Origin: Octopus vulgaris
Taxonomy: Eukaryota
Direction: 5' to 3'
Length of the DNA: 64,000 nucleotides
NCBI GenBank assembly: GCA_951406725.2
Contig: OX597825.1
Coordinates: 32,302,001-32,366,000, forward strand
Made by a program: the position numbers and the translations under genes. A model generated the notes under the pieces. That model was given only the letters and a program-made list of their open reading frames with translations. It was not told the origin of the DNA and ran no database searches. This document shows positions 28,098 through 42,669 of the stretch, piece after piece; positions within the stretch are counted from its first letter, which is position 1, and every line of letters starts with the position of its first letter.

Positions 28098-28385
28098 CAC
28101 CCTTTTCAAGCCTAGCCAGGCTCATGGGCCCGATTTCCCGGTTCCTATGGCGTATGTGTTACCCCCAGCTGGACGGGACGCCAGTTCATCGCAGCGTTAC
28201 TCAAGAAATAGAAAGAAAGTGTGAGAGAAAGTGTACAACAGCTGGGGGTAACACATACGCGATAGAAACCGGGAAACCGTGGAGCTCTAGCTCAATAAAC
28301 ACACACAATGCCCGGTTTGAGAATCGAAACCGCGATCCTCCGACCACGAGTCCGCTGCCCTCACCAATGGGCCATTGCGCCTGCA
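28098..28385 (-). mobile_element. SINE family B variant (tail ...GGGCCCATGAGCCTGGCTAGGCTTGAAAAGGG)
   Basis: Head homologous to 5296-5653; tail homologous to 54017-54258. Confidence 0.8.
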
Positions 28386-28689
28386 CAAATTATTCTGCAT
28401 AACTTAATTTATACATACATATGATGCTACTTCTACTTCGTCATTGCTATCAAAAAATTATAGCCTCCAGATATTACATGTGTATGATCATAGAAAATAA
28501 TTTGAATAATAACTTTACATTCTACAAAATAAATTTAACAAGTGATCAAGATTTAAGAAAAAATATTTGTTCAAATGGCATTTAATTCAATAATAAAACA
28601 ATTTCATTTGGGATGTATAATGAGCGAAAATATCAATGAGAAACTTGAAATTGTTTCGAGTCATCAACAACCTTTTCAATGTCTGCCGG

Positions 28690-29842
28690 AATATTTGTTA
28701 AGGCCAGACGGAGTTCATCTTCGAGGTGAGCATCACTCAAAGAATTTTTTTAGTTTGATTTTTACCAATTGCATGCGACTGAAGAAGTATTCACATATCC
28801 ATGCTGAACCGAACAAAACGAGAAAGCATTTTAAGTAGCAAGTAAGATTTGGATATTGAGTGTGAGGCAGACCGTATTTGTAGAAGTCCATCAGAATCCT
28901 ATTTAAAAACCGACTCTTGACATCAAAGTCATTTTGCAATTCATTCAATTCCATTTAAAGCTCAAAGTATCCACGTATCCACGTCAGTCAAAAAGCATTG
29001 AAAACATTTTCAGCTTGTCTTCACAAACACGAAAATCCTTAAATCTCTTGGCAAATTCTTCTTGAATCTGTTTTAGCTCGCTCACAACGAATTCCCGGTT
29101 TATGGTTGAAATGTATGACTGTTCCTGAAGGCAAGGAAAGTGAGCATAATTGCCGTCAGCAATTTGAGCAATCCACAAGTCCAGTTTCTTTTGGAAAGCT
29201 GTCACCTCTCGAAACAAATTATAGACGAGTTTTTCCTTTCCATTCAACTCATTCAGCTTGTCTGTAATGTCCATCAGAAAAGAAAAATCATTCATCCATT
29301 TGCTGTCATCAAAGTTTATGCACGACTTACCTTTTGCTTCAAGAAATGCTACCACATGTTCTCGAATATCGTAAAAGCGTTTCAAAGTACGGCCACGGCT
29401 GAGCCACGTGATTTCGGCAAAGTAAGGGATGTCAGCAAATTCGGCGTCTATCTCATCGAGAAAATTTCGAAACTGTCAATGATTTAATGCACAACTCCGA
29501 ATGAAGTGGACGGCTTTCCCGATATTATCCATGACGTGATCAGACTTAATGACTTTGGAGCAAAGTGCTTCCTGATGTAGAATATAATGGGGCCACAATA
29601 TTTTCCTTTATTCATGTTCAGGGATTCCAGTTTTCTTTGGATGAAACCACGCAAGCCTTGTTCCTGGCCGATAATCGCCGGTGCACCATCGGTAGTAATT
29701 CCCACCAGGCGATTGTAAGTCAGTCCCGCCTTTTCGAGCGTAGTATAAATTTCTTAGAAAACAGCAGCATTTGTGCAATTTCCTTTCATAGGGCAAAGAG
29801 CAAGTAACTCTTCAGTGATATTAAAACTTGAATATTTTAATA

Positions 29843-29843
<1 letters not shown>
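28690..29843 (-). mobile_element. hAT transposase pseudogene (SPIN/Buster/GTF2IRD2-like)
   Basis: ITEELLALCPMKG, ITTDGAPAIIG, WLSRG, KRFYDIREHV..FL, WMNDFSFLMDITDKLNELN, MELNELQ and LFGSAWICEYFFSRM motifs in successive frameshifted ORFs. Confidence 0.85.
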
Positions 29844-29920
<77 letters not shown>

Positions 29921-31079
29921 GGCAGGCTTCTTCCGGTTTCCGTATACTACCGTGGCATCTTTACTTTTCATCCTTCCAGGATAGATAAGATAAAGTATCA
30001 GAGTTGATGAGAGGGAGACTAACACCTTCCCCTCAAATCTGCGGCCCTTTTTGTCAACCCTAGAAGAATCAAACGTTAAAAGTCAATCAATTGTGGATTG
30101 ATTTGAACTCAAAATGTTAAGAGAGGAGCAGATTAAATAAAAGTCAGTGAAATTACCCAATCTATTAAGATTATCAAAGAAACTACCTTAGAGCATTTTA
30201 CTTTAAATCTATTCTTATAAAAGCTATTATAATGATCTCATTGGAACAATCATAACTGTAAGCAATGTTTGATCAAGAAAAATACCTTGCTTATGCAAAA
30301 CTTTGAAAATACCCTCAACACAAAAATCATTTCTAATCACACAATAACAATTAACTGTTCCAAAATGACAAACTTATCGATTCTCTGAGGCCATTTCTGA
30401 ATTGAAGGAACCGTTGATTTAGAATAAATTAGTTGAGTCACTGATTGTTGGAGGAATTGCTCGAATAAATAATTTTACACATCATTGATGTTATCAAAGA
30501 TCTTAATTTATGTCCTCATAAAGTTTGTCTAGGAGTCGACATCACCTCACCAATTTTCTCAAGAGTCATTCCAATGAAATATTGAACTACTTAACTTAGT
30601 AGCTAATCGAATGCAATGTCCGTTCAATTGCTGCCAAGGTTTATAGATTTATAATTGATTTTTTTTGTTACCTCAGTGAGAAAATACTGTCCGAGGAGAG
30701 AAGGTAAAAGCTTATCGGTCAATAGGCAATCGTATCTCATCATGGACAATTTTCTAATCTGGTTGATGCACACAAACATGGTACAAACCTGGTGTTAATC
30801 TGCCTGACACACACACGAGGTGCAAACTTGGTTTTAATCTGCTGACACACACACGAGGTGTAAATGATATTTTAAAGGCAGTGGTTGAATAGAATACTTG
30901 ATAATATTGGTTTCAACTTTATAAGTTCAAATCACACCGAAGTCAACATTACCTTTCATGCTTTACAGATCGCTAAAAAGTTATCGATCCAAAGTGTTTG
31001 ATAGATTGAAATAGTTAGAGGATCGTGCATGATTCCTTGCGATATGGTAACCGGCGTGTTAGAGCAAGTTTCTGTAACC

Positions 31080-31381
31080 CACTGGTTTCTAATCTCTTCA
31101 CAACCAACAACTTACCACCATTTATTCAAATGGATTTTCCCGCGGACCACAAGCATATTTTAACTGACAAGCCTGTCTACCCAACAAGCCAACTTTATTA
31201 ACAAACAACAAAGTCGTTTTCCAAGTTTTCACATATGTAACTGAATAACTAAATTGAGTAACTACGCTTTTTATAGACGACAATCTTATAAAGGTTTGTA
31301 TGCAACTCACTGACTTCCAGTATTATCTTTGTGGACCGCGCCCTCAGAGACCCGCGAACACCAGATTGGAAAATCCGACTG
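31080..31381. mobile_element. Possible old hAT (Charlie-like) MITE
   Basis: Ends CACTGGTTTCTAATCT / AGATTGGAAAATCCGACTG with internal GCGGACC subterminal motifs; degenerate. Confidence 0.35.
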
Positions 31382-32329
31382 CAACCTGGGATAAAACTAT
31401 CTTACAAATTTTTCGTTGAGAAACAGTGCTGAGCTCTTATCCAGTCATAAATATAATTTGGAAAACTATATTCCTAAACTCAGTAAGATTAATGACTTTT
31501 TGATGTATGCATTTTGATTTGATGAAAACAAAGCAGGCACTTAGGCTTGTTTTTTGGTGTGTTTCTATGTTTTTATTATGATATAGATTGAGAAGCAACA
31601 TATCTCGCAGTCTAGGTGCATTAATTAGTTTTAGGTTGTAGGTTTGCTGTTCCTTGTGGTGGTTGTTACTATATTAGGCATTGGTAGTTGAATAGCTTTT
31701 TTCCTCATAAAGTTCAGTTCGGTAGTTCTGTTTTGCACAATAATTTTAGAATCCAATGTCCTTTTTAGGAGGAAGTTCTTTCTGTTGTCGATACAATTTT
31801 GTAACTAGCAGTTAATACTAATTTATTTAATTTGATGCTGTTTGTTTGTAGTAATGAACAGATGTCGACGTAATGGACGAACTACGCTAATGTTTCATTC
31901 CTGCTGATTTATATTGATTCCCAGGTAGCATTTATGTTTTTAACGCCGTTGACAGTCGAATTGAGTAGTACTTTCCACGTGTTGAAACCACAGTGATATT
32001 CGTTTGGCAGCAGATGATAGGAATGTGAATTTAAGCTTGTTTGTGACGCAGGCAAAGAAGTGGATCCTCATATCCTGATCGTACCTTAGGGTCGGCATCA
32101 TTACATAAAGCATGGCTTGAACAATGTAAACCGAGTGCAACACGTCCTTATCCATGTCTAAGCACAGACGATTTCTCCGTCAGTGAAGAAGAATCGAACC
32201 TAATACCGGATTGTTTCGTTATCGACTTCGAAAGGACAAAAGGCAAAGCTGACTTCTAGATATGATTTGAACTCAGAACCCAGAGAACCGAAATGAATAC
32301 TGCAGGCCATTTTTTTGGCGCTCCACTTG

Positions 32330-32370
<41 letters not shown>

Positions 32371-32503
32371 TCACACACATACACACACACAAGCACACAC
32401 ACACACACATGCATGAGCACATGCACACACACGCACACACACATTACAAATAGATCTTAGTCAAAGGGCGATATGTAAATACATATATATATATATAAGT
32501 ATG

Positions 32504-32560
<57 letters not shown>

Positions 32561-33654
32561 TATGCATGTATGTATGTATATATTACGCGCACATGAACGT
32601 TATTTTCACAAAGTCCAGATAAGAAGATAAAGAAAACAAAGTTGAATCCAACATTAAAGATAAACGTGAAATCGCGGGGCAGCTAATTGAGTCTTTCGGA
32701 AGAGTATACACTATTATTGCAACGGCAGAAGCCGAAAGATAGAGAGACTCTGGAGAAACTTCCCCAATTATTCTCATCTTTCTCACACGCTTCGCCATTA
32801 TGACTCAGTCTATATAAAAATCAAAAGAAACGATGTGTGGCCATGAACTATTTCTCTTTTCTTTTTTATACTGTAATTTATCGATTAAATATCTATGACA
32901 CTATATATAAAAGAGCTGTCGTGTTTAATTAATAAAACATTCAATAGGTAGACAATAAAGTTCAGAGAAAGTTGTTCATAAATAGAAATGTAGCGAGAAG
33001 TGTGTTTAAATGTCAAGAGGTTATCTTCCGATGCCTTAGATATGTTTTGACCACCAGGGGCCAGGCCATGTATAATTTAATAGACTAGTGAACGCTATAT
33101 GTATATCTGATCTCTTTGGCAAATTCAAACGAAATTTATTGTTTGTGGAAAAGTATCACGGGGTGGGCGGCTTGCTTGAAAAAAATAAACTTGCCATAAT
33201 GAAATTTTAAAACGTTACATGTTTTTGTATATTGTTTGATGCGTTAAACTTTGGGAAAAAATATAAGAAATAAAACAGTAAAAACGGATTGTTGTATAGA
33301 AAAAAAAGATTCTTGCTAAAGTTGAAATGATTGAATTCCCAATCTTGAATGGTTTTTGAAGTCTGAGTTAATATCATTTGATAATTCTAACAGTGTATAT
33401 TACGCTGTCTTTCTATTTATTTCGAGGAGATGGGTGTTGATCCTGAAAAACTTTCTGTGAGATCATTGTGATTAAGAGATCAAAATACCAAATATCTTCA
33501 AGCATCTGGTTTTGTTCTAGATTCATATTTCATTATCGTTTTGTAGGATGACTACTGTCTTGGGTAGTATTACAATATTCGGAATGGAATTTAACACAAC
33601 CAGACAAAAGGTGGGCGATGACAAATGGATGTTTTCAACGGAGAATTTTGAATC

Positions 33655-33870
33655 CTTTCTACTTTAAGATAAAGGCTTGAAACTTCGGGGTTGGGGCTTT
33701 GTCAATTACATCGACACCAATACTCAACTGATACTTATCAACTCGGAGAGGATGAAAAGCAAAGTTAACCTCGGTGGAATCTGAATTTGAATTCAGAACG
33801 TAAAGAGCCGGAAGAAATGTTATTTAGCAATTTTTCTGACTCGCTAACGATTCTGCCGGCTCACCGCTTT
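33655..33870 (-). mobile_element. SINE family A, older copy
   Basis: Diverged reverse-complement match to the family A sequence. Confidence 0.75.
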
Positions 33871-34337
33871 AGAATTCTTAATAATACCAGGAAATATATT
33901 GTATGAAATATCGATATTTCTTGCTTCTGAAAATAAGCTTTGAATGTTAGGAACGTATTTCATCTGGAAGTTAATTCGTTTGACCAGTTTGGAAAACAGC
34001 AAGACAATATTAAACACCTACATAAGAGGACATGGGAACTTCTTTTAAGCTTGAATAATACTGAGCAGAATTAAATGGGTTCGATTTCATGAAAATGTGA
34101 TTGAGTCATTTGTAATAATTGACTGAAAATCTACACGAAAATATGGTTAAACAGGACAATGTACAAAATAGGTTGTTGCATATTTTTATCGCTTAGTTAG
34201 GAGGGAAAGGTAATCACCTGACTCTTTACAACGTCTGACCCTGGTGGGAGGAAGATATCTTAACACCAACATCTCAAGTGCAAGCAACAGTGAAGTCTAC
34301 TAAAGGCACCCAAGAAGTAAATGGTTTGAGGTTACAA

Positions 34338-34558
34338 GGCGGCGAGCTGGCAGAAACGTTAGCACGCCGGGCGAAATGCGTAACTGTATTTCGTCTGCCG
34401 TTACGTTCTGAGTTCAAATTCCGCCGAGGTCGACTTTTCCTTTCATCCTTTCGGGGTCGATAAATTAAGTACCAGTTACACACTGGGGTCGATATAATCG
34501 ACTTAATCCGTTTGTTTGTCCACTCTGTATTTAGCCCCTTGTGGATAGTAAAGAAATA
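34338..34558 (+). mobile_element. SINE family A, young copy
   Basis: 15-bp TSD GGTTTGAGGTTACAA at 34323-34337 and 34559-34573. Confidence 0.92.
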
Positions 34559-34789
34559 GGTTTGAGGTTACAATTAGCATGGCTTGCCGTTAACAACATA
34601 TTTCTCTAAATCCTTTGATTGTTCTCTTTCTTCAGTTTGAAGAGGGAAATGTTTCCCGAAATATTATAGGATAATTAAACAACCTATATAAGGTAATACA
34701 ATGTTTTCCCTTTATTGTCATTTATTGACATTACCTTATATACTTTCCTTGCATTGCCCAAAGCTTTTTTCAAATGTTTATATCATAAA

Positions 34790-35045
34790 CATACATACAT
34801 ACATACATGCATACATGCATACATATATACATATACATATATATACACACAATGATTCACTCATACATACATGCATACATACATGCATACATACATGCAT
34901 ACATGCATACATACATATATACATATACATATATATACACACAATGATTCACTCATACATACATGCATACATACATGCATACATGCATACATACATATAT
35001 ACATATACATATATATACACACAATGATTCACTCATACATACATG
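34790..35045. repeat. ~80-90 bp minisatellite, three copies, built from microsatellite plus ACAATGATTCACTC
   Basis: ACACAATGATTCACTCATACATAC recurs three times. Confidence 0.8.
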
Positions 35046-35059
35046 AACGTGTGTGCATA

Positions 35060-35352
35060 TATTCGGCTTACGATCGTAAGGACGTGAGTTCAATTCCCGG
35101 GAGTGCGTTGTGTTACTGAGCAAGACACTTTATTTCAATTGCTCCAATCCACTGAGCTGGTAAAAATGAGCTATGCCCGTAATCCAAAGAGCCGACCTTG
35201 ACATATTCTGTATCATGATGAATCTCCCTGAGGAGTACGTTAAGGGTATGGGTATCTGTGGAGTATTCAGCTACTTGGACGTTGGTTTCTTGAGCAGATT
35301 GTTCGGTTCACAGAATCGACTGGAACACCAGCCGTCGTACCCGATGGAATGC

Positions 35353-35355
<3 letters not shown>
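35060..35355 (+). mobile_element. SINE family B, diverged
   Basis: GTTCAATTCCC B-box, CORE-like TGAGCAAGACACTTTATTTC, tail CCGTCGTACCCGATGGAATGC. Confidence 0.75.
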
Positions 35356-35420
<65 letters not shown>

Positions 35421-35888
35421 GTGTGTGTCTGTGAATAAGTGTGTGTATATGTATGTGTATGTACGTATGTATGTATATATGTATGTATAATTTCTTAGAG
35501 ACAGGGTCGTACTAAATTTGAGTACATATTTTATATTATATTTTATCAACACCTGAAGTGTAAAAAGTTAATATCTACTCTGAAGGTTTTTGAACTCTGA
35601 AGGTAAATATATATACAAAAACAGCGTAGTAAATTTGTGATCGATATCCTAACCGACACCGTCTGCCATTCCACTGACTCTCGTCAGAGAAAACGATGAT
35701 GTTGAGACGAAATCGAGTCTCTAACAACGGTTTATATTAACTTAGCTGTAAACAACTGCGAAAAAGAAAAAAAAAAACCAAGGCAGACCTAAACAACAGA
35801 AGGAATAAATGCATTTCTTTACTAAAGTTGTATTCCTACCTCCTCTCGGTATAACACCACCCTTCCACCACGCCGTTGGTTTAAGTGG

Positions 35889-35921
<33 letters not shown>

Positions 35922-36029
35922 GGGGGTGGGTGTATATGTGCGTATGTGTATATATGTATATATATATACATATATATATGTATGTATGAATGCATATATA
36001 TATATGTATTATATAAATGTATATATGTA

Positions 36030-36079
<50 letters not shown>

Positions 36080-36148
36080 TCTATATATGTATGTATATAT
36101 ATATATATACATCCATACACACACACACAAACACACACACACACACAT

Positions 36149-36215
<67 letters not shown>

Positions 36216-36494
36216 TATATGTTTGTTTATTTTACCATATTATTTCAATCAAGCAAAGGTAGGTGAGATGCGATTTTTGTTTCGTTTTATTTTTATAGCA
36301 AACTTATGTAATTAAGCGAGAAAGATATTTATTGTTGTTGTTTTTTGATGAAGATGATGGTAGTGATGATGTTGATGGTGCTATTGTTGTTGTTGTTGGT
36401 GGTGGTGGTGGAGGCGTCATTGTTTCACTTGGAAATCTTATTGAGTCTTGTTTAGAATGTTCTAGAACACTCCTTTGATAAATTGGAACAACGA

Positions 36495-36534
<40 letters not shown>

Positions 36535-36544
36535 ATTATTATTT

Positions 36545-36604
<60 letters not shown>

Positions 36605-37514
36605 CAGTAGTAGTAACAGCAGTAGCAGTAGTGGGAGTAGTAATTGTAAAAACGTAACAGCAGTGGTAGGGAGTATAGAATACAGAGAAGAAGATGAAGC
36701 AAGTCAGAAAAAAAGAATTGAAAAGTAAAGATCGAGAAAAATCACAACAACAACAACAACAACAACATTAATAGCCAGTCAGTAATAGATTTTCTGCAGT
36801 TCACTTGTTTATAAATTACAAATTTTGTTCTCAGAAGATTAAAGTAAAATCGACAAAGTAACAAAAAAACCCAACAGAAAATACTATTTCTTAGAAATGG
36901 AGTATGTATTTTAGTTTAATCATTACTTTGTAATAGAGCAGACGATAGAGAGTGAAAAAAAAAAAAGCTTAACCGTCACTTATAAGCGAGTATCACGTTT
37001 TTGATTGTTAGTTTACGTACTTGTGCAGTCGCGACCAATAAATCCTTTATGCCAAAATGGCTACTCATCGTATTTCAATGGAGAGGAGGGTCAATAAAAC
37101 TAAATAAAAGGTTGAGGTTGATATATTTAATGAAAACTCTTAAATATGTCACTCCAGCACGGTCACAGTCTAATAACTAAAATCCAATGAAAGTAGAGAA
37201 AAAAATATGATGATTTATTTTTGTTTCCATATCAATTGCGAACTACTTTTAAGCACGATTCTCACATTTAGAGATACGTATGTGTATGGATGTATATAAA
37301 AATACTTGCAGAGTTAGAGTGAATATTTATTTACGTTCATATATAACTTTACATTCTATTAACAGTTATTTTTACTTGCATGCCAGGTGTGAACTATTTA
37401 AGTACAACTATATAGCGTCAAATTTCAGACAGAGAAAAATAAATGGGTGAATGCTGATATTTACAAAGATGGTTGTAGAAATAGAGTTTACAGATTGTTT
37501 GTGTGTTCTGATTG

Positions 37515-38327
37515 TCTTTGCACAGGGGCCATCTGGACTCCCGCCTTCGCCGTGAACAAGTATTGATCTTCTCTCTTGGCTCCTTTGCGCCCCATGGGCT
37601 CCCCTCCCCTCCCCGCTTCATCTGACTCTCTTCCTCTTTCCATCTAAAACCTACTTCCTCTCTTCACTCCTATCCACCTTCTCTCTTCAGTGATATCCCT
37701 CCATTCACACCTTTCCTCCTCATATCCCATTTCCACATACCCCGTCTCCACCCCCACCCCCACATCCCTCCACCACATCCTCACCCAAAACCCACACCTC
37801 ACCCTCACAGTCTCACAGCCACACTACACCACACACCACCACTCTACCACACCACAATCCACCACCCCACAGCACTCAGATACTAGCATAGACCACTCTA
37901 CAGCACCTACACCACACTCCATTATCTGCATATCTATACACCATTATCCACACACCCACACACCATCGTCCACACACTCACACGTTACAGATGCACACAC
38001 TCACACGTACACATCCACATATCAAACTCAGTAGCCCCTATTCACACGCACGCACTTACATACTCTCAGAAACACACACGCACGTGCGCCTTCGTTTTGG
38101 GATTACTAGTACTTTATTATCTCCCCTTCTTCCTATCTCCTTTCCAACTACCTTTTCTAACCAGTTGCCATGATTGATCGCTGAATTCACGACTTGTTTT
38201 ATTCTCTCTCTGTTTATTTATTTCGTGTTCTTTTCTGTTGAAGAGCGTAGGCTCGAAACATAAAATACTTTCTCACTTTCCTGAGCGTCAAACTTTTACA
38301 CCAGCTTGCTGTTTATACACCTGTCTT

Positions 38328-38330
<3 letters not shown>
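37515..38330 (+). mobile_element. Penelope-like (Neptune-type) 3' fragment: GIY-YIG C-terminus, CT/CA-rich UTR, hammerhead-like motif
   Basis: LHRGHLDSRLRREQVLIFSLGSFAPHGL resembles the PLE endonuclease end R..EQ.LIF.LG...P.GLN; CTGTTGAAGAGCGTAGGCTCGAAAC at 38235. Confidence 0.65.
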
Positions 38331-38363
<33 letters not shown>

Positions 38364-39199
38364 CACACATACAAACACACACACACATATATATATATTT
38401 CCAAATTTTAAAGGAATGGAACAGGTAATATGTAAGCTACATATGTTTCTTAACTAGCCTAATCTCGTTGCAAAAGTATTACCTAATGAACTCCTCAGAC
38501 CGTAGCTAATCTTCAGGCTGAAATTACCTCAATCAAGTTTATATTCCGGCCAGGAATTAGAAATGAGAAGAAAATTCAATAACAAAAAAAAACAATAAAA
38601 AAAACAACAAAACAAAACAAAACAAAGAAAGCAAGTTTAAACAACCAATGAATGTTTTAGCGCAAGGTGGAATTGAAAAGGAGAGAGTGGGAGAGGGAGA
38701 GAGAAGGAAAGGAAATTTGCTGTTATTCTTGGGAAGTGGTGAGTAGACATTCAGGCAATAAAAGCTTATCAAAATATGTTGAGATAGATTATTGGACTCC
38801 TAGTGTGCTGTCTCCCAACTTATGAGCAAATAGACACCGGGGCAAAGGTCAAATCCTAGAGAAAAAAGCCGGCCGATACACATGCATGTGTATATACATA
38901 AAATATAGATGCATACATACAGACATACATACACACAAAGATACACACATATAAGTATACTTCAGAATAGATAAGCAAGTGGATGTTTATGACCACACAC
39001 ACAGGTACCCACACATTTAAGAATAACTATTACATGTCGATATGTAAGTACATACATAAACATACATACTTACACATACACGTACATACGCATACTGACA
39101 TGTGCATACGTAAGCATACATACACGCAAATACATTTACAAACAATAAAATAGAAAAAAGAAAAATAAATATTTATGCCCACATATGTCTACATATATA

Positions 39200-39561
39200 T
39201 ATATTATATAGAGGGCATTATTACACATAAATGCCACACGTTAGGAGGGACTTTTAAAGTCATAACTACCAAAAATAAACAAATGGTACCGAATGCAGGC
39301 GACGGTTGCCTGTCTGGTTCCGCCTGATATGTTGGTTTTGTTCATTCATGATATATTTTGAATTCGTTTCACTGAGGAGCAAGAGACGTAGATAATACGT
39401 TAATTGCGAAATCACAGGTGATCTGGAACTAAATTCTGTTTTTAAATGTCTCGTTTCGAGAATTGCATTCGGTACGATTTGTTTATTTTTGGTAATTATG
39501 ACTTTAAAAGTCCCTCCTAGCGTGTGGCATTTATGTGTAATATTGCCCTCTATATAATATA
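39200..39561 (+). mobile_element. Foldback mini-element: 98-bp inverted repeats enclosing a hammerhead ribozyme
   Basis: Arms 39200-39297 and 39464-39561 with few mismatches; TA-rich outer ends. Confidence 0.85.
39360..39436 (+). ncRNA. Type I hammerhead ribozyme with canonical core
   Basis: Stem I GTTTCA/TGGAAC (plus GAATT/AATTC); CTGAGGA 39372-39378; stem II GCAA/TTGC with inner ACGTA/TACGT; GAAA 39408-39411; stem III TCAC/GTGA; cleavage triplet AUC ending at 39423. Confidence 0.8.
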
Positions 39562-39665
39562 AATAAATATTTTCAAGTGAAAAAAATTTACAGATTTTTT
39601 CTCTTATGAGGTTTTTCACGCTAACTACCTGATAATTTCTTATTAAGATTTTATCCTATTTTAAG

Positions 39666-39702
<37 letters not shown>

Positions 39703-40289
39703 ACTCAATATGATCACTTTTATACACGCGTACACGCACACACAAGGTAAGCACTCACATACATATATACATATATATACTCACACACATACACAGAAAC
39801 ACACGCATATGCATAAATGCATATATATAGAGAGAGAGAGAGAAAGAGAAAGAGAGAGAGAGAGGGGTTTAAGAAGTGGGGTTAGACCAATTAAATACAT
39901 AACACTTACGTAATAGACTTCAGTTAGTTAAGACACATATGTAGTTACATATTACCTGTTGCACTCCTTTAAAGTTTGGATTTTATTCGCAGTTTTAGCA
40001 TTAGATACAAAGAGAAAGTTGTAAAAAAACTATCAGGTTATCGAAATTTTTGGTAACTTCGATATAGGAAAAAATATGTAACTCTCGACGCCAATAATTT
40101 TTTATTTTATCTTATCACATACAGTCCAATTTCGTTATCTATACCAGCCGCCCACGGTTTGAAGCTTACAAACATTCTACACTCCAATCTCAAGATCGTA
40201 TATTCTATACATATTTTTGCATGTAAATATAAGTATGTATAAATATACGTATGTATGTATTATATATGTATGTATATATATGTATGTAT

Positions 40290-40382
<93 letters not shown>

Positions 40383-40389
40383 GTATATA

Positions 40390-40435
<46 letters not shown>

Positions 40436-40459
40436 ATATATATATATGTATATATATAT

Positions 40460-40593
<134 letters not shown>

Positions 40594-40608
40594 GTATGTA
40601 TATATATA

Positions 40609-41895
40609 TTGGGTGATCCCATAAGCAAAGCGGTTTTTTTAATACTTTTATTTTACAAAATTAAGATAAAGTTATTTCTTAATCTAAAATATACTCTCCT
40701 TCATTTTCTACAATGCTCGTCCATCTATCTGGTAGACTTGCAAGGCCCCTCTTCCAAAATTCACTTGTCCGTGACGAAACATACTCCTCCAGTTCTATTC
40801 AGTCCTCATCTACAGGATTCATATTTTATCCGTCCAAATGATTTTGAAGACTGCGGAATAAATGATAATCAGATGGGGCAATATCCGGCGAATATGATGG
40901 GGCGGGGGCATCGTTTCCCGTTCAAACTGCTCCAGCTTTTGGAATGTCATTCTCGCTGCATGTGGTCGAGCATTATCCTGATGGAAGAGGACTTTTCGTC
41001 TTGAAAACAAAGATGGTCGTTTTTCTTCGAGCGCTGACTTAATCCGCTCAAGCTACTCGCAGTAGATCTCCTTTGTTATTGTTTGGTTTGGGTTTAAAAG
41101 TTCAAAGTGGGCTAAAACTTTCATAATATACCAAACAGATAACAACACCTTACGCAGGTGAAGACCTTCTTTAGCTTGGAGTACCGGTGTTTCTCCTTTC
41201 CCTACCCACTGTCTTCGGCGCTTGACATTTTTATAGGGAACCCAATTCTTGTCACCAGTCACTATTCGGTCCAAAAAAGGTTCATTTGTCAGACATGGCA
41301 GGAAAGAAGAACACACATTTACTCTCTGCGCACGATTAGACTCGGAAAGTCTGTGACAAACCCATTGACCCAATTTGCTGACTTTTCCGATTGCATGCAG
41401 TTATCACTAAATGGCTGAATGACCAAATCCGAGCTTCTCTTGCTGGTTCGTCAGCAGTTATGATAGAATTTTGTTCCATCAGGGTTGGCAGGACGTCCTC
41501 GTCGAGCTCTACAGATCTTCAAGGACGAAGCTTGTCTTCTAGAATATGTTTCCTGCTCGGAATTTCTGGAACCACAGTTGACACTGGGTTACGCTTATTG
41601 TCTGATCCCTATATACTGCATTAATATTCATCGCACTTTTAGTTGCGTTGTTGCCTTTATTGAACTCATAAAGCAAAATATATCGTATATGCCACTTTGT
41701 CACATCCATTAAAGCTTTGAAAAAATAACTGTTAAAATCGAACTGCACTCTTCAAAACTTGCACTAAGAATAAGGACAAGGTAAAATTGATTACCTGCTT
41801 TTATAGCAAGCCGATGCAGGTAGTTAATCCCGTCCCCCTTCTACTTTTAATTCATGCAATTGAAAAAAAACCACATTATTTATAGGATAACCCAA
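40609..41895 (-). mobile_element. Full-length (~1.29 kb) mariner element, transposase pseudogene
   Basis: Imperfect ~30-bp TIRs (TTGGGTGATCCCATAAG... / ...TTATAGGATAACCCAA) with TA on both sides; HIRYILLYEFNKG, WFQKFRAG, WVCHRL, DRIVTGDKNW and FHQDNARPH motifs in frameshifted ORFs. Confidence 0.92.
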
Positions 41896-41899
41896 TATA

Positions 41900-41997
<98 letters not shown>

Positions 41998-42157
41998 TAC
42001 ATCTACTCAATATGGTCACTTTCATATACGTTGCTTGAATAGAAAATTAATTTTAACCATTATGTTTATTAAAAGATATATGTTTATATAAGTTGGCGTT
42101 ATTCATTCAGAAACTATTTGCAGCACAAAATAACAGCAACAATAATAAATATAATAG

Positions 42158-42597
<440 letters not shown>

Positions 42598-42669
42598 ATG
42601 CACATGTGTGTGTTTGTATATATATATATGGATATACACGCACATATATGCATATATATGTATGTATAT

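Noticed and set aside
31940-32830. Non-repetitive ORFs (71 aa each) and nearby TGACTCA/TATATAAA motifs
   Set aside because: No recognisable domain or splice support; such short motifs occur by chance.
35680-35730. Hammerhead-like GATGA..GAAATCGAGTC with a flanking stem
   Set aside because: Core and spacing are non-canonical; at best a heavily decayed relic.
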